Assembly: GCA_964349945.1 (NCBI GenBank)
Contig: CAYGIH010000001.1
Coordinates: 3,934-67,933, forward strand
Length of the DNA stretch: 64,000 bases
Reading direction: 5' to 3'
From: an uncultured Candidatus Saccharibacteria bacterium
GTDB taxonomy: Bacteria; Patescibacteriota; Minisyncoccia; Phycocordibacterales; Zambryskibacteraceae
Below the pieces are notes generated by a model. That model was given only the letters and a program-made list of their open reading frames with translations. It was not told where the DNA came from and ran no database searches. The translations under genes and the position numbers were made by a program. Positions 36,057-48,800 of the stretch are shown in pieces; the stretch's first letter is position 1; the number at the start of each line of letters is the position of its first letter.

Positions 36057-36912
36057 TGGTAATTTCCACAGTGATGACGTTTTCGCAGTAGCCACTTTGC
36101 TTTTGGTTTATCCTGATGCGAATGTAGTTAGAACTCGTGATGAAGAAGAAATAAAGAAAGCAGACATTGTCGTAGACGTTGGGGGAGAGTACGATCCTTC
36201 TAAAAAGAGATTTGATCACCACCAAACAGGAGGGGCTGGAAAACACGAGAACGGGATACCCTATGCTTCGTTTGGTTTAGTATGGAAAGAATACGGTGAG
36301 AAATTGTCTGGTTCAAAGGAGGTGGCCAAGGCTATAGAAACCAAATTAGTGTTTTTTATTGATGCTTTGGACAATGGAGTAAATATTAGCCAAAATTTAT
36401 TTGAAGATGTTCGTCCTTATACAATATCTGATTATTTTTATTCATATTGGGTAGTCGGTGATTCAGAAAAGGAACACACCGCCAAAATTTTTGGTCAGGT
36501 ATCGGGTTTGGCCAAAGAAATCATCAAACAAGAAATAGAGAAAGCCAAGAAGATATTTGAAGAAACTAAAATTGTTGAACAAGTCTACGAACAGTCTCAA
36601 GATAAAAAAATTATTGTTTTGAATGAAAATCTGGCCTGGGGAAAAGTTTTCGATAATAAATCTGAGACACTGGCTGTGGTATATCCAAATAATGAAGCAG
36701 ATACTTGGAGCGCCAAGATGGTAAGGAAGGGTGACCAGACATTTGAGACAAGGGCATCATTTCCTCAAGCTTGGGCCGGTAAAACTGACAAGGAGCTCAT
36801 AAAAATTTCTGGAGTCCCTGATGCTGTCTTTTGCCATAATGCACGTTTTTTAGCTATAGCAAAATCTAAGGAAGGTGCCATAAAACTTGCTGAAATCGCT
36901 TTAAATGCGTAA
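36034..36912 (+). CDS. MYG1/UPF0160-family metal-dependent hydrolase
   Basis: 'THSGNFHSDDVFAVATLL...RFDHHQ' is the characteristic MYG1 N-terminal His/Asp cluster. Confidence 0.7.
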   Translation: MKTIVTHSGNFHSDDVFAVATLLLVYPDANVVRTRDEEEIKKADIVVDVGGEYDPSKKRFDHHQTGGAGKHENGIPYASFGLVWKEYGEKLSGSKEVAKAIETKLVFFIDALDNGVNISQNLFEDVRPYTISDYFYSYWVVGDSEKEHTAKIFGQVSGLAKEIIKQEIEKAKKIFEETKIVEQVYEQSQDKKIIVLNENLAWGKVFDNKSETLAVVYPNNEADTWSAKMVRKGDQTFETRASFPQAWAGKTDKELIKISGVPDAVFCHNARFLAIAKSKEGAIKLAEIALNA

Positions 36913-36927
36913 GGTTAGGTCAATATT

Positions 36928-37917
36928 ATGTTCATAGATGAAATAACACTACATTTAAAGGCTGGTAAAGGTGGCGATGGAGTAGAACGCTGGCTTCATG
37001 AGAAGGGTAGAGACCACGGAGGACCTTCTGGAGGCAATGGAGGTAAGGGTGGAGATGTCTTCGCTTTGGCTGTTCGAGATATAGGGATATTGGCTTCATA
37101 TAGACAAGTGAAAGTTTTTGAAGCACTGCCTGGTAAGGATGGTATGAATAATACTTGGAGTGGTCGAGAGGGAGAAGATATTGTGGTCAAGTTTCCAATT
37201 GGTTCAAGGATTACTAACCTAACCACAGGTCATGTTTTCGAACTTCTTGAAAACGATCAAAAGATAAAGTTATTGTCTGGAGGTAGAGGAGGCTTAGGCA
37301 ATGAACATTTCAAAGGTTCGACCAACGTTCGACCCAAGGAAACCACTCCAGGCATGTTAGGGGAAGAAGCGGATTTTCATATAGAAGTAGAACTAGTGGT
37401 TGATTATGGGCTAATCGGATTACCAAATGCCGGTAAATCAAGTTTACTCAATGCTCTCACACGTTCTCGTTCCAAGGTTGGAGCCTTCCCGTTTACTACC
37501 CTTGAACCATCACTCGGTGATTTGTACGGCATTATTCTCGGAGACATCCCTGGACTCATAAAAGGAGCGTCTGAAGGTCGAGGATTGGGTCATAAATTTT
37601 TGCGTCATATAAAGAGGACCAAGGGACTCATTCATCTTGTCTCTGCAGAAGAAGAGGATGTGGTGAAAACTTATGAGATTGTAAGGAAAGAGTTAGAACT
37701 TTATAATAAAGAAATAATAGAGAAGTCAGAGATGGTACTTTTGACCAAAGTAGATCTCATAACAGATGAAGAGAAAGGAAAAAAGTTGAAGCTTTTAAGT
37801 ACAGTATCAAAAGCAGAAGTTTATCCAATGTCAGTGATAGATGATAATTTGGTAAAAAACTTTAAAGATATTTTGACCCAAAAAGCTGACAAAATTAAAG
37901 ATGAAGGAACAATATAA
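36928..37917 (+). CDS. obg: GTPase Obg/CgtA
   Basis: Gly-rich Obg fold N-terminus 'AGKGGDGVERWLHEKGRDHGGPSGGNGGKGGDV'. G1 'GLIGLPNAGKSSLLNAL'. G3 'DIPGLI'. Confidence 0.95.
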   Translation: MFIDEITLHLKAGKGGDGVERWLHEKGRDHGGPSGGNGGKGGDVFALAVRDIGILASYRQVKVFEALPGKDGMNNTWSGREGEDIVVKFPIGSRITNLTTGHVFELLENDQKIKLLSGGRGGLGNEHFKGSTNVRPKETTPGMLGEEADFHIEVELVVDYGLIGLPNAGKSSLLNALTRSRSKVGAFPFTTLEPSLGDLYGIILGDIPGLIKGASEGRGLGHKFLRHIKRTKGLIHLVSAEEEDVVKTYEIVRKELELYNKEIIEKSEMVLLTKVDLITDEEKGKKLKLLSTVSKAEVYPMSVIDDNLVKNFKDILTQKADKIKDEGTI

Positions 37918-39286
37918 ACCAACCATAGGACTTGAGATACACGCTGAACTTCGAACCAAGACGAAGATGTTTTGTAATTCAAAAAATGATACTGATGAGG
38001 AGAAGCCCAACATAAATATCTGTCCAGTGTGTATGGGTTATCCAGGGACACTACCAGTTATAAACAAAGAAGCAGTTAGGCAAGTGCTCCGTGTTGGATA
38101 TGCGGTAGGAGGAAACATTGCTGATTATACAGAGTTCGATAGGAAGAATTATTTTTATCCAGATATCCCCAAGGGCTATCAGATCAGCCAGTATAAATAT
38201 CCTTTAGTGACCGGAGGAAACCTTGCGGGGGTAGCCATCACTCGTATTCACTTGGAGGAGGATACAGCCAAATCAAGTCATGATAAAGGAGATGAGAGTC
38301 TCATTGATTTTAATCGTGCTGGGGTACCTCTTATGGAGCTTGTGACTGAACCAGTAATACACGACGCAGAGACGGCTGCCAAGTTTGCAAAAGAGTTCCA
38401 ACTTTTACTAACATACCTTGAAGCAAGTCATGCGAATATGGAAAAGGGAGAAATGAGAGTAGAGGCCAATATTTCTGTAAGCAAAGACGATAAGTTTGGA
38501 ACCAAGGTAGAAGTCAAAAACCTTAATTCATTTAGAGCTGTAGAAAAGGCCATAAAATATGAAGTAGAAAGACACATAGAGCTACTAGAGAAAGGGGAAC
38601 AGATAGTGCAGGAAACTAGAGGGTGGGATGAGAATAAAGAAGAAACTTTCTCTCAAAGAGCCAAAGAAGACTCTCATGATTATAGATATTTCCCAGATCC
38701 AGATTTACCTAAATTATTTATAAGTGAAATACCAGAATTTTCTAAAGAAAAAATATTTGAGTCACTTCCAGAATTACCTGCGGTAAAAAGAAACAGACTT
38801 CAAAAGGAGTTTCTCATTAAACCCGAGGATGCAGAGATATATGTGCAGGATAGAGAATGGGGGAGTTATTTTGAGACAGTTGTAGAACTACTAGGCAATA
38901 AGGAGTTAAATCAGCTTGCTTCAAACTACATCACTACAGACCTCAAGATACTTATCAAAGCAGAGGACTTTGCAGAATTAATACGAATGGTTGGGAGTGG
39001 GGAAGTGTCGTCTAGAGGGGCAAAAAACATCATCAAAATAATTGAAGAAAAAGGTGGTAAACCAAGAATGATTGCAGAAGAAAATAATCTCATTCAGAAA
39101 AGTGATAAGGAGGAATTGAAGAAAATAGTTGATACGGTTATAAATGAAAATCCAAAAATAGTTGAAGATTATAAAAATGGAAATGTCGCATTACTACAAT
39201 TTCTGATTGGGCAGTCTATGAAAGCATCGAAGGGAAGTGGAAACCCGGTCGTGCTTAAAGAAATTCTTGAAGAAGTATTAAAATAA
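37901..39286 (+). CDS. gatB: Asp/Glu-tRNA(Asn/Gln) amidotransferase subunit B
   Basis: 'YKPTIGLEIHAELRTKTKMFC...CPVCMGYPGTLPVINKEAV' is a GatB N-terminal signature. It also has a C-terminal YqeY-like tail. It overlaps obg by 17 nt. Confidence 0.95.
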   Translation: MKEQYKPTIGLEIHAELRTKTKMFCNSKNDTDEEKPNINICPVCMGYPGTLPVINKEAVRQVLRVGYAVGGNIADYTEFDRKNYFYPDIPKGYQISQYKYPLVTGGNLAGVAITRIHLEEDTAKSSHDKGDESLIDFNRAGVPLMELVTEPVIHDAETAAKFAKEFQLLLTYLEASHANMEKGEMRVEANISVSKDDKFGTKVEVKNLNSFRAVEKAIKYEVERHIELLEKGEQIVQETRGWDENKEETFSQRAKEDSHDYRYFPDPDLPKLFISEIPEFSKEKIFESLPELPAVKRNRLQKEFLIKPEDAEIYVQDREWGSYFETVVELLGNKELNQLASNYITTDLKILIKAEDFAELIRMVGSGEVSSRGAKNIIKIIEEKGGKPRMIAEENNLIQKSDKEELKKIVDTVINENPKIVEDYKNGNVALLQFLIGQSMKASKGSGNPVVLKEILEEVLK

Positions 39287-39287
39287 A

Positions 39288-39313
39288 AAACTTCCCAATC
39301 GGGAAGTTTTTAG
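39288..39313. terminator. Bidirectional rho-independent terminator between gatB (+) and the HTH gene (-)
   Basis: AAACTTCCC-aatc-GGGAAGTTT, flanked by an A-run and a T-run. Confidence 0.7.
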
Positions 39314-39334
39314 TATTGACAAACAATAAATTTT

Positions 39335-39574
39335 CTAGTCCTCTAGGTGTTTAATCATTAGTTTCTTAATACGCTTTTCAGCGTTACTTTTGGTGGTACC
39401 TATCTCAATATCCTCAATTATCTTCTGGAGTGCGGTTAGTTTATAAACCCTATAGTTATTCATTGGGTGTCTGTGGGCAGGAAACTTACCTGAAGCGTCC
39501 CAATTCCTAAGAGTGAGAGGAGTGACACCTAATATCTCCGCCGCTTCTTTTATAGAAAAATATACTTCGCTCAT
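39335..39574 (-). CDS. Small HTH_17 (excisionase/MerR-like) DNA-binding protein
   Basis: 79-aa ORF. 'SIKEAAEILGVTPLTLRNWDASGKFPAHR...YRVYKLTAL' has the HTH_17/Xis-type pattern. It is homologous to the N-terminal repeats of both giant genes. Confidence 0.6.
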   Translation of the reverse strand: MSEVYFSIKEAAEILGVTPLTLRNWDASGKFPAHRHPMNNYRVYKLTALQKIIEDIEIGTTKSNAEKRIKKLMIKHLED

Positions 39575-39582
39575 ATAATTAG

Positions 39583-39603
39583 TTTAATAAACATTAATAA
39601 TCT
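39583..39603. promoter_or_regulatory. Dyad-symmetric motif GTTTAATAA-ACA-TTAATAATC in the divergent promoter region between the HTH gene and giant gene 1
   Basis: Imperfect copy of the perfect palindrome found at 49795-49815. It sits 9 nt upstream of the minus-strand HTH gene's start. Confidence 0.4.
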
Positions 39604-39857
39604 TGTATATTAATTTTATATTGATTGTATACAACTAGCAATAGATATGTATGTTTGAATGTTGATAACAGCAATTAATAATATTACTGAGTAAATGATC
39701 ATAAATAGAAATTCTGTGTGAAAAATTTACTATCTTCAGCACTAGGGTCGGTATAGGTCAGTATAATTCAAAGCGAGATGAGAGTGCTCCTGAGTACATA
39801 AATCAAACATTAAAAAAAATTTTTTATGCTGTAAAAAATTTTAGAATCTGCATAAAA

Positions 39858-39869
39858 GTTGTCCACAAA
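39858..39869 (+). promoter_or_regulatory. Conserved 12-mer GTTGTCCACAAA, 64 nt upstream of the giant gene 1 ATG (39922)
   Basis: The identical 12-mer recurs at 50019-50030, exactly 64 nt upstream of the giant gene 2 start (GTG 50083). Confidence 0.45.
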
Positions 39870-39897
39870 ACAAGAGATTTCTTGTTAGGAGAATAAG

Positions 39898-42800
39898 TTG
39901 CCGAGATTTACAATTAACCTTATGAATAAAGACTATTTTGCCGAGGAGGCAAAATACATCTCGGCAAAAGTTGCTTCAAAAAAAACTGGTTATGCGCAAG
40001 ATCATATCGGCGCTCTTGTGCGTTCTGGAAAGGTGATAGGAAAGAAAATCGGTCGAGCTTGGTTTGTTGATTTGGAGTCACTAGAGAATCATAAAAATTC
40101 GCAAAGTTTCAAAAGTGATAAAAAAGTTTCTCCTATCAAAAAATCTTTGGAGAGGGCGCTCGTCAGCGCGAGCTTCGCTTCAACTAAAGTTGGCTATGCT
40201 CAAGACCATATCGGAGCACTTATTCGTACAGGCAAGGTTAAAGGCAAAAAAATTGGTAGAGCTTGGTTTGTGGATTTGGAGTCACTTGAGAACCACAAGA
40301 CAAACATAAAGCTAAAAACAGTTTTAAAGCCAACAGCGAAAATTTTACCAATTGCTTCGATTGCACCAATTGAACCAAGACTTTCTTTACCCCATCCAAT
40401 TAGTCAAAAGGTAATTAAGTATGAAGAAGAAGTCGCTCCAAAATTTGTAGAGGTTTCTAAGGACAAATATAAGATAAAGAAAGAACTACTTCTCAGGGAA
40501 CTTCTAGGGGGAGCTCTCATCACCTCAATGCTCATTATGGTGGTCACCCTTGCTTCTGTCTCTGGTATAAAACAAATAGCTAAAACAGATACATTTAATA
40601 AATTGGCCGATGGTTCAATCAGTGCAGAAATATCTCAAGGTTTAAACAATACTAGCGCTTCTATCCTAGCTACTATCTCGGATGGATTACAGAATCTTTG
40701 GAATAATCTCTTTGGTAAGAAAGAAAATACTGTTTTGGTAGTGGTGCCACCAGATTCTCTTTCTAATAAAGAACCAACATTAAAACCCTCTACATCAGAA
40801 GGTTCAGGTAAGACTACTATAATCAATAATCCTCCGGCTCAAACAATCATCAATGAATACAAATCCATCACTCAAGTCACTCCGCTAGATCTAACCTTGG
40901 ATGATGTGGTAAACAATGGTGATACAACAAGACTGGATGTACGTTTACTCGGTAATGTAGAAATAGGAAAAAACCTTAATATTAAGGGCAGTATCGTTTC
41001 TGGCAGTTCAGTTATAGCCAAAAATGGCTCTTTTTCTTCGCTTAGCACTAGTGGAGATTTCTCTGCAGGAGGAGAGATAACCCTAGGGAATCCAGAAGAT
41101 AACTTCATCATTAATTCTAAGAATGTTTCTATAGATAAGGACGGCAACACTACCTTCCTAGGTAATTTCTTCTCGGCCAATGCTTCTACCACTAACGTTT
41201 ATGCAGTTAACTCTACCTCTACCAATTCATATATTTCTCTACTTACAGGAGATATTGCCACTATCACTAATTTCACTGGTACAAACAACACTCTTACTAA
41301 TCTCATCTATACCAATGCCACAGGTACTAACTCCACCACTACAAATCTTTTTGCCAACTCTGGAGTAATCACAAATCTCAATACTAATAATCTCAGTCTT
41401 GGTACAACCTCTACTTCAGCCAACATAAACATTGTTCAAACTTCTAATGGTTCGACCACTATCCAAGCGAATAGAATTACTGATGCTGCTCCTGCTGGAG
41501 ATTTCATCCGCTACAACAATGCGGCGAACGACACCACATTATTTAGAGTAGATAATTCTGGAAATTTGTATGCAGGAGGAATCATCAACTCTGGTTCACA
41601 AACAATCACCTCTACCTCTCAACCTCAGTTTAGAGTGCAGTATGATGCCTCAAACGAAAACACTAATTCTATCTCTGCTACAGGAGTCTCCACCTTTGGC
41701 TTTAATGGTTCAACTCCTCGAGCAATCTTTACCCCACAACTCAACGCCACCAACTCTTTCACCTTCACTGATCTCTCTTCTACTCCCATCTTCAACATAG
41801 ATACCCTAAACCAAATTGTCTCTGCTCCACATTTCCTCTCTACAAGTTCCACTACTCTCCAAAACTTCACCTTCATAAATGCTACAGGTACAAGTGCAAC
41901 GACGACGAATCTTTACACCACTTTACTCGTAGCAGGTAGTGCCACAACAACCAATCTTTTCTCTACAAATGGGGCTTTCACCAATTTATTATCTTCTTAT
42001 GCCACAACAACCAATCTTTATTCTTCAGGTCAAACTATATTGGCAGGAACAAGTGGAAATGTGGGCATAGGAACAACAAATCCAACAAACGCACTTAGTT
42101 TTGGAAATTCACAAAATCAGAAAATTTGGGTTGAGAATTCAACTAATGTTATTGCAGGTAGAGCACTTACTCTTTCGGCGGGAAGTACCGTAAACACAGG
42201 ACTCGTTGATTTTGCTCCTCTGAGTCAGGCAAATCTCAACTGGTGGAGTATGGCAGCTGCTCCTAGTGGCAATGTGTATGCTGCTGCTTATAATAACAAT
42301 CTTTACAAACAAACAAACGGAACGGGAAATTTTGTTGCCCAAGGTTTAAATGGAGGTTTGTGGGGTGTAGCGGTCGCCCCCAATGGAAATGTGTATGTAG
42401 CAAAGCACAATGATGATATCTACATGCAAACAAATGAGACTGGAAGTTTCGTAGCCCTTGGACAAACGCCAAGCTCTTGGGGAGCAATGGCCGCCGCCCC
42501 TAGCGGCAATGTGTATGCTCTAAAAGTGTATTCTGGAGCAGGACTTTACAAACAAACAAACGGAACTGGAGATTTTAATCTTGTTGTATCGGGTTCTTGG
42601 AATGCCGTAGCCGTCGCGCCAAATGGGAACGTCTATCTTGTTGGTAGTAGTGACATCTACATGCAGACAAATGAGACTGGAAGCTTCGTAGCCCTTGGGC
42701 AAGGAGCTAAAAGTTGGCAGTCTGTTACCGTTGCTCCAAACGGAGATGTGTATGCCGTTGTTTATGGTGGAGATGTCTACAGGCAAACAGGAGGAACTGG

Positions 42801-45800
42801 AAACTTCGTGGCACTTGGACAGATAAGTAGAAACTGGCAATCAATGGCTGCCGCTCCAAACGGAAATATCTATGCCGGTGTTGGTGGAGGAGATATTTAC
42901 ATGAATGTGGCACAAGGAGGAACAGCTGATTTGGCTGGAGGAAATTTGATTTTGTCTGCTGGGGTGGGTAAGGGAACTGGTGCAAGCAACATCTCATTCT
43001 TGACCGGCACAACGTTGACCTCGGGGACAACACTACAAGCATTGTCTGAAAAGATGACAATTTTAGGTAATGGAAATGTCGGCATAGGCACCACATCACC
43101 AACATACAAACTCTCCGTCGAAGGTTCATCAACTCTTGGTAATCAAGCTATCGCAGGATATTTTACTGCAACATCAACTACAGCCACTTCGACTTTTGCG
43201 GGAGCGGTGGGGATTGGGACGACGAATCCAACACGAGCATTCGAAATTGTTGGCAATGTTGAAAATAATAATACTGGAACAGCTTCACAATTATCAATAC
43301 GTGGAACTGCAAGTACAATAGATAAGTTAAATATTGGATATAACACTACAAGTAATTTTGGTTTTATTGAAGCAGTAAGAGAATCTTCCGTAACTCAGAA
43401 TCTTATTCTCGGACCTGTTGGAGGTAACGTTGGAATTGGAATTACGAATCCCAATTCTAAGCTCGCAGTGAATGGGACTATAGCAATTGCTGCTACAGTA
43501 AGCACAAGCATTCCTCAAACATTAATTTGGTCAAGACAAAGTGATAATTGGACACCAGCATCCATTGGTCAATTATATGATGGTTCAACATATGGAGGGT
43601 ATTTGGTTTTTAATACACACACTTCAAATCTGACTATTGGTGATCAGGCTACTCCACTAGAAAGAATGAGAATTGATAGTTCTGGTAATGTGGGTATAGG
43701 CACCACTTCTCCAGCATACAAACTCTCCGTCGAAGGTTCATCAACTCTCGGCAATCAAGCCATCGCAGGATACTTCACTGCGACTTCTACAACAGCCACT
43801 TCGACGTTTGCAGGAGGAATAACTGGCCCAAATAATTTTATTGTCCAACAAGTAAGCGGGAATGTTGGAATAGGGGTGAACCCAACATCAAATAAACTAG
43901 AAGTAACTGGCGTGACAAAAATAAATGGCACACTTACTGTGGATGGTCAGGGAACATACACGATCATTGGTCAATCAACAGGCTCCAGTCCTGCATGGTT
44001 TCAAACAAAAAATGGGAGTGGTGCATTCAATGAATTCGGTATAGTTGGTTCAAATGGGCAATTTGCAGTTACAACTATTACAGACGACGCGGTATTCAAA
44101 TTTACCGGTAGTAATTTCGTTATTGTTGGAGACAATCAATTAGAAAAATATAGATTTACTTCTTTGGGTAAATTTGGAATTGGAAGTACTTCTCCAACTT
44201 ATCAACTTTCCGTCGAAGGTTCGTCCACTCTTGGTAATCAAGCTATTGCGGGATACTTCACTGCGACTTCGACTACAGCCACATCAACATTTGCGGGAGG
44301 AATTTCTGGACCAAATAATTTTGTGGTTCAACAAGGAAGTGGGAATGTTGGGATTGGTGTGACTAATCCACAAGGAAAACTGGATGTATCTGAAATTCCT
44401 GATTTAGGAAGTGTTTACTTTCGTTCAACTGGTAGACCTTTTATAGATATTAAAGGAGGAGCAAATAGTTATAAAACACTTAGATTTTCTGACGGCGCTG
44501 ATGGTACTTATAAATGGGATGTAAATGTTTTACCTGCAGACGATGGAACATTACCTAATGGTTTTAGAATTAGCAATTCGGGTGGAACTGCTCTCTCTAT
44601 TAATTCAACAAATTATTATGTTGGTTTGGGAGGTATTAATTCTCCTGCTGGTGTACTTGATGTTAATGTTGGAGGTGGTCAAAGTGTATATTTTCGTTCA
44701 GCAGGACGACCATTTGTAGATATTAAAGGAGGAGCTAGTGATTATAAAACACTCCGATTTTCTGAAGGAGCAGATAGTACATATTTGTGGGATGTGAATG
44801 TTGAACCAACAAACAATAATATGGAATTTTGGGGAGGTGGAGGTTTTAGAGTAGCCTTCACTTCTGGGGGTAGTGTTGGTATTGGGACAGCGAATCCAGG
44901 ATATATGCTTGATGTTTCTGGAAGCAATGCAACTAGCCCGATGATTGTGGCTAGAAATGCGGTGAATTCTGGTGATACAAATTGGGGTTCACTAGGTATT
45001 CTAAATGATGCTGCGTATGCAGTGGGGAATAATGCACGTCTTATGTTTTTAGCTCATGATTCTTCTCAAGTCATTCATCCTTACGCAAGTCTTGGTTTAG
45101 AAGTTGAGGGTAATTATATGGGAGCAATAACTTTCAATACTCGAACTGTGGGTGGAGCTACTGGTGAACGAATGAGGATTACAAATGCTGGCAATGTAGG
45201 AATCGGATCAACCACTCCTGCATACAAACTCTCCGTCGAAGGCTCTTCCACACTTGGTAACCAAGCTATCGCAGGATACTTTACTGCCACTTCAACCACA
45301 GCTACTTCAACTTTTTCAGGAGCGGTTGGGATAGGAACGACGAGTCCAAATGCAAAACTTGCGATAACTGGGACAAGTGTTTCTGCGAACAATAAAACAT
45401 TTGTTGTTACCGACAGTTCGAATAATAAACTGTTTACTATACTTGATGACGGGAAAGTTGCCGTTGGCGCAAGAGACCCCTTTTACAACAAGTTCACTAT
45501 TAATCTAGGGGTCAATCAAAATATTGGTTTTGATAATGATGGAGGGGTATCACGTATCCAATTTAGAAATGATGTTAATTCTGGTCATGTGCCTGGAGTT
45601 TTTTCCGCTTCGAGTTTTAGTTTTTTAAGTGGAAATGTCGGAATTAACTTACCATCATTTTCATCTATTCCAAGTAGCCAACTTGATGTCAATGGAAATA
45701 TCGTGAGACAGGTTGATGCCACTGGAGTAGAGACTCGCATAGGCATACATTCAAATGATGGGCCAATCACGGCAACTTTTGGGGGTACATTGATTGGCAC

Positions 45801-48800
45801 AACCGGTGTTACGGATGGTAATGGAAATACATCGAACTACATTGCATTCCACACATACAAATCTGGTGTTAGATCAGGTGAAGTGATGAGAATAGACGAA
45901 AACGGGAATATTGGAATAGGGACGACTAGTCCAATGGCCAACCTTACAATAAATGGTACAACGGGTGCCATCTCGCAATCAGGAACCGCAAGTGGTGGAA
46001 CATTGCGAATCACAGAATATCCAAATTCAGGAGCAATGTTTTTGATTGGAACGAACGGAGGAAATTATGGTTATATTCAATACACGAACAGCGCTGATAA
46101 ATCAGTCGGTTATCCATTGGTCCTAAATCCAACTGCAGGCAACGTCGGAATAGGCACGACCACACCAACAGGGAAATTACACATTGTTTCAAACACAATA
46201 CCTTCACTTGTTGGAAGTGCTGCCGCAGGAATAATTATCACAAGCCAACAAAACTCCGGAACGGAATTAGCTATGGGTGTAGATTTAACTAATTCTCCTT
46301 ATCCAGCATATTTACAGTCCAGACATGCAGGCAATGGAACAGCTTATCCTTTAGCACTTAATCCTCTTGGTGGTAACGTCGGTATTGGGACTACGAATCC
46401 GGGGACGAAGTTAGATATTCAAGGCAACGATACCACGGCATACTCCACATCTTTGGCTGTAAGTCCCTCTGGGTCAGATTTGTTGAGGCTTTACAACATG
46501 TCTAACAGTTCCAACTTCACAGCTATTGAGCTTGGGTCACGTAATAGTGGCGCAGCGATAGGTCGCATCGTGCTCGTAGATGATGGAGGAGCTAATGGTG
46601 ACTTTGCGTTTCAGTTACGAAATGCGAGTGGAGCCAACACAGTGGAAAAAATGAGAATAACAACCACTGGCAACGTGGGTATTGGGACGACGGCACCGTT
46701 TACAAAATTAACCATCAAAGGTACGACATTCGCTGAAATGGATTTGACAAATGGGTCAACTGCTTTATTGGGCAATGATATTCTTGGTAAATATTCATTT
46801 AGGTCAGTTGATGCTGACGCTCATGTTGGTGGAGATCAAACTCTCGGTGGCATGTACGGTATTATTGTTCACGAAGCAGGTGGGACAGGTGTAATAGATG
46901 GTTCTGCAGATGAAGGTATGGAGCTATCCTTTACAACTTCAAAAAGGCCATCACCGAATACTCTTTTCACACTTACAGAGGCAATGAGAATTAATAAACT
47001 CGGTAATGTCGGTATTGGGACGACGACACCCGGGGCGGCTTTTCATTTATATAAATCAAACGCATCGCAGCCCTTTGCGCTATTTGAAGATATTGGGATA
47101 GATAGTAATCCAGCTATCCAAATTAAAAATGACGCTCAAGCATGGAACCTCCATACAGTTGGTGCAAGAAGTAATAATTTTGAAATATTTAATGCTACAG
47201 CAGGTGGCGCAGCAGCTAATGCATATTTGACAGTAACAACCGCAGGCAACGTTGGCATAGGGACAACATCACCAACAACTAAATTAGTAGTAAATGGTGG
47301 AGATATTTCAGTTGTAGATGTGAATCCATCTATAATGTTGAAATCAAGCGCTTCGGGAGAGCATTATGGTTTTTTACAATTCGATCACACAGAAGGAGAT
47401 TTTTTGAGAATGTTTGATGGCACAACTTATTCAATGCATTGGAGAGCTGGCAATGTCGGTATCGGCACCACAACACCAACTGCGGCACTAACTGTAAAAG
47501 ATAATAACCTTAATAAGAATGCTATTGAAATACAATCTAGTGCAGTTTCACCAAATAATTATATTTGGGGTTTGAGTGCACAATCAAATAATTTCTTTTA
47601 TATAAATCAAGGTTCAAACTATGGCACACCTACGACTAGATTAACTATTGATAATAATGGCAACGTCGGTATTGGTGTGACTAATCCTGGGAAACGGTTA
47701 TCAGTAGGTACTACTGGTACTGGAGATATTGGAGTGGGAGGAAGTATTTATATTGGAGAAAATTCTCCTTATGCAGGTGGTGGAAATTTATATTTGGATG
47801 CAACCGGTACGGGAGATAGAGATTTTAATTTAATTCAGTATAATGGTGCATCTTGGGTTACTAATTTATTTGTGAATGGAGGAAACGGCAACGTCGGGAT
47901 TGGAACTACGACCCCGACCAGCCATCTAGATGTCTATGGTTCAGCCATAAGTCAGGCTAACTTCAATTCAATATTTACCAACTTACATACAGGTGCTTCT
48001 GTAGTAAAAATTGAAGCAAGCGCAGATACGACTGTTAATACGTTTTATCACAGACTTCTTGATTTAGATTATAGCGGGGATGCCTCGGGTGTTACTGGAA
48101 CATATATGAGAATGCTTACTGGTGGTACTGAACGTTTTGGTATCGGTCTTTCTAATGATGAATTTGCAATTACTTCCAATGCTGTCGAAGTATTACATAT
48201 AACAACTGCTGGTAACGTCGGCATCGGGACGACGAATCCAAATTCATTACTCGAGCTTAAAGGGAATGGTGCAAGAATGGCAGTGAGAGATGACGGTGTT
48301 TCAACTGATGCTATAAATTTTGGCACAGATACGTCCGGAAATGGTATATTCCAAATGTATGATACAAATGGGGTACAGAGGGTAAATCTTTATTCTCATC
48401 AGACAGAAGGTATTGCAAATTATTGGTTTACAAACGGCAACGTCGGCATCGGGACGACGAGTCCGGGAGCGAAACTTCATTTAACTTCTAGTGTTGCAAA
48501 TGATACCTATTTGTTTTTAGATGCCGCTCATGCAACTGCAGGAACAGCTGGAGGTCTTGTTCAAAGGAGGGCACGGGGTTCGATTTCTTCACCTAGTGCT
48601 GTTTCAAGCGGTGACAGATTAGGATTGTTTGTAGCCCAGGGTTATGGCTCAACAGCATATGGTACTGCTGGAGGAATGACTGTAATAGCAGACGGTACTC
48701 CTTCTGGTGATAATATTCCTGGTCGTGTGGAATTTTGGACTTCAACAGCAAGCCTTCAAGATCAAATTAGAATGACAATAAAAAATGATGGCAACGTAGG

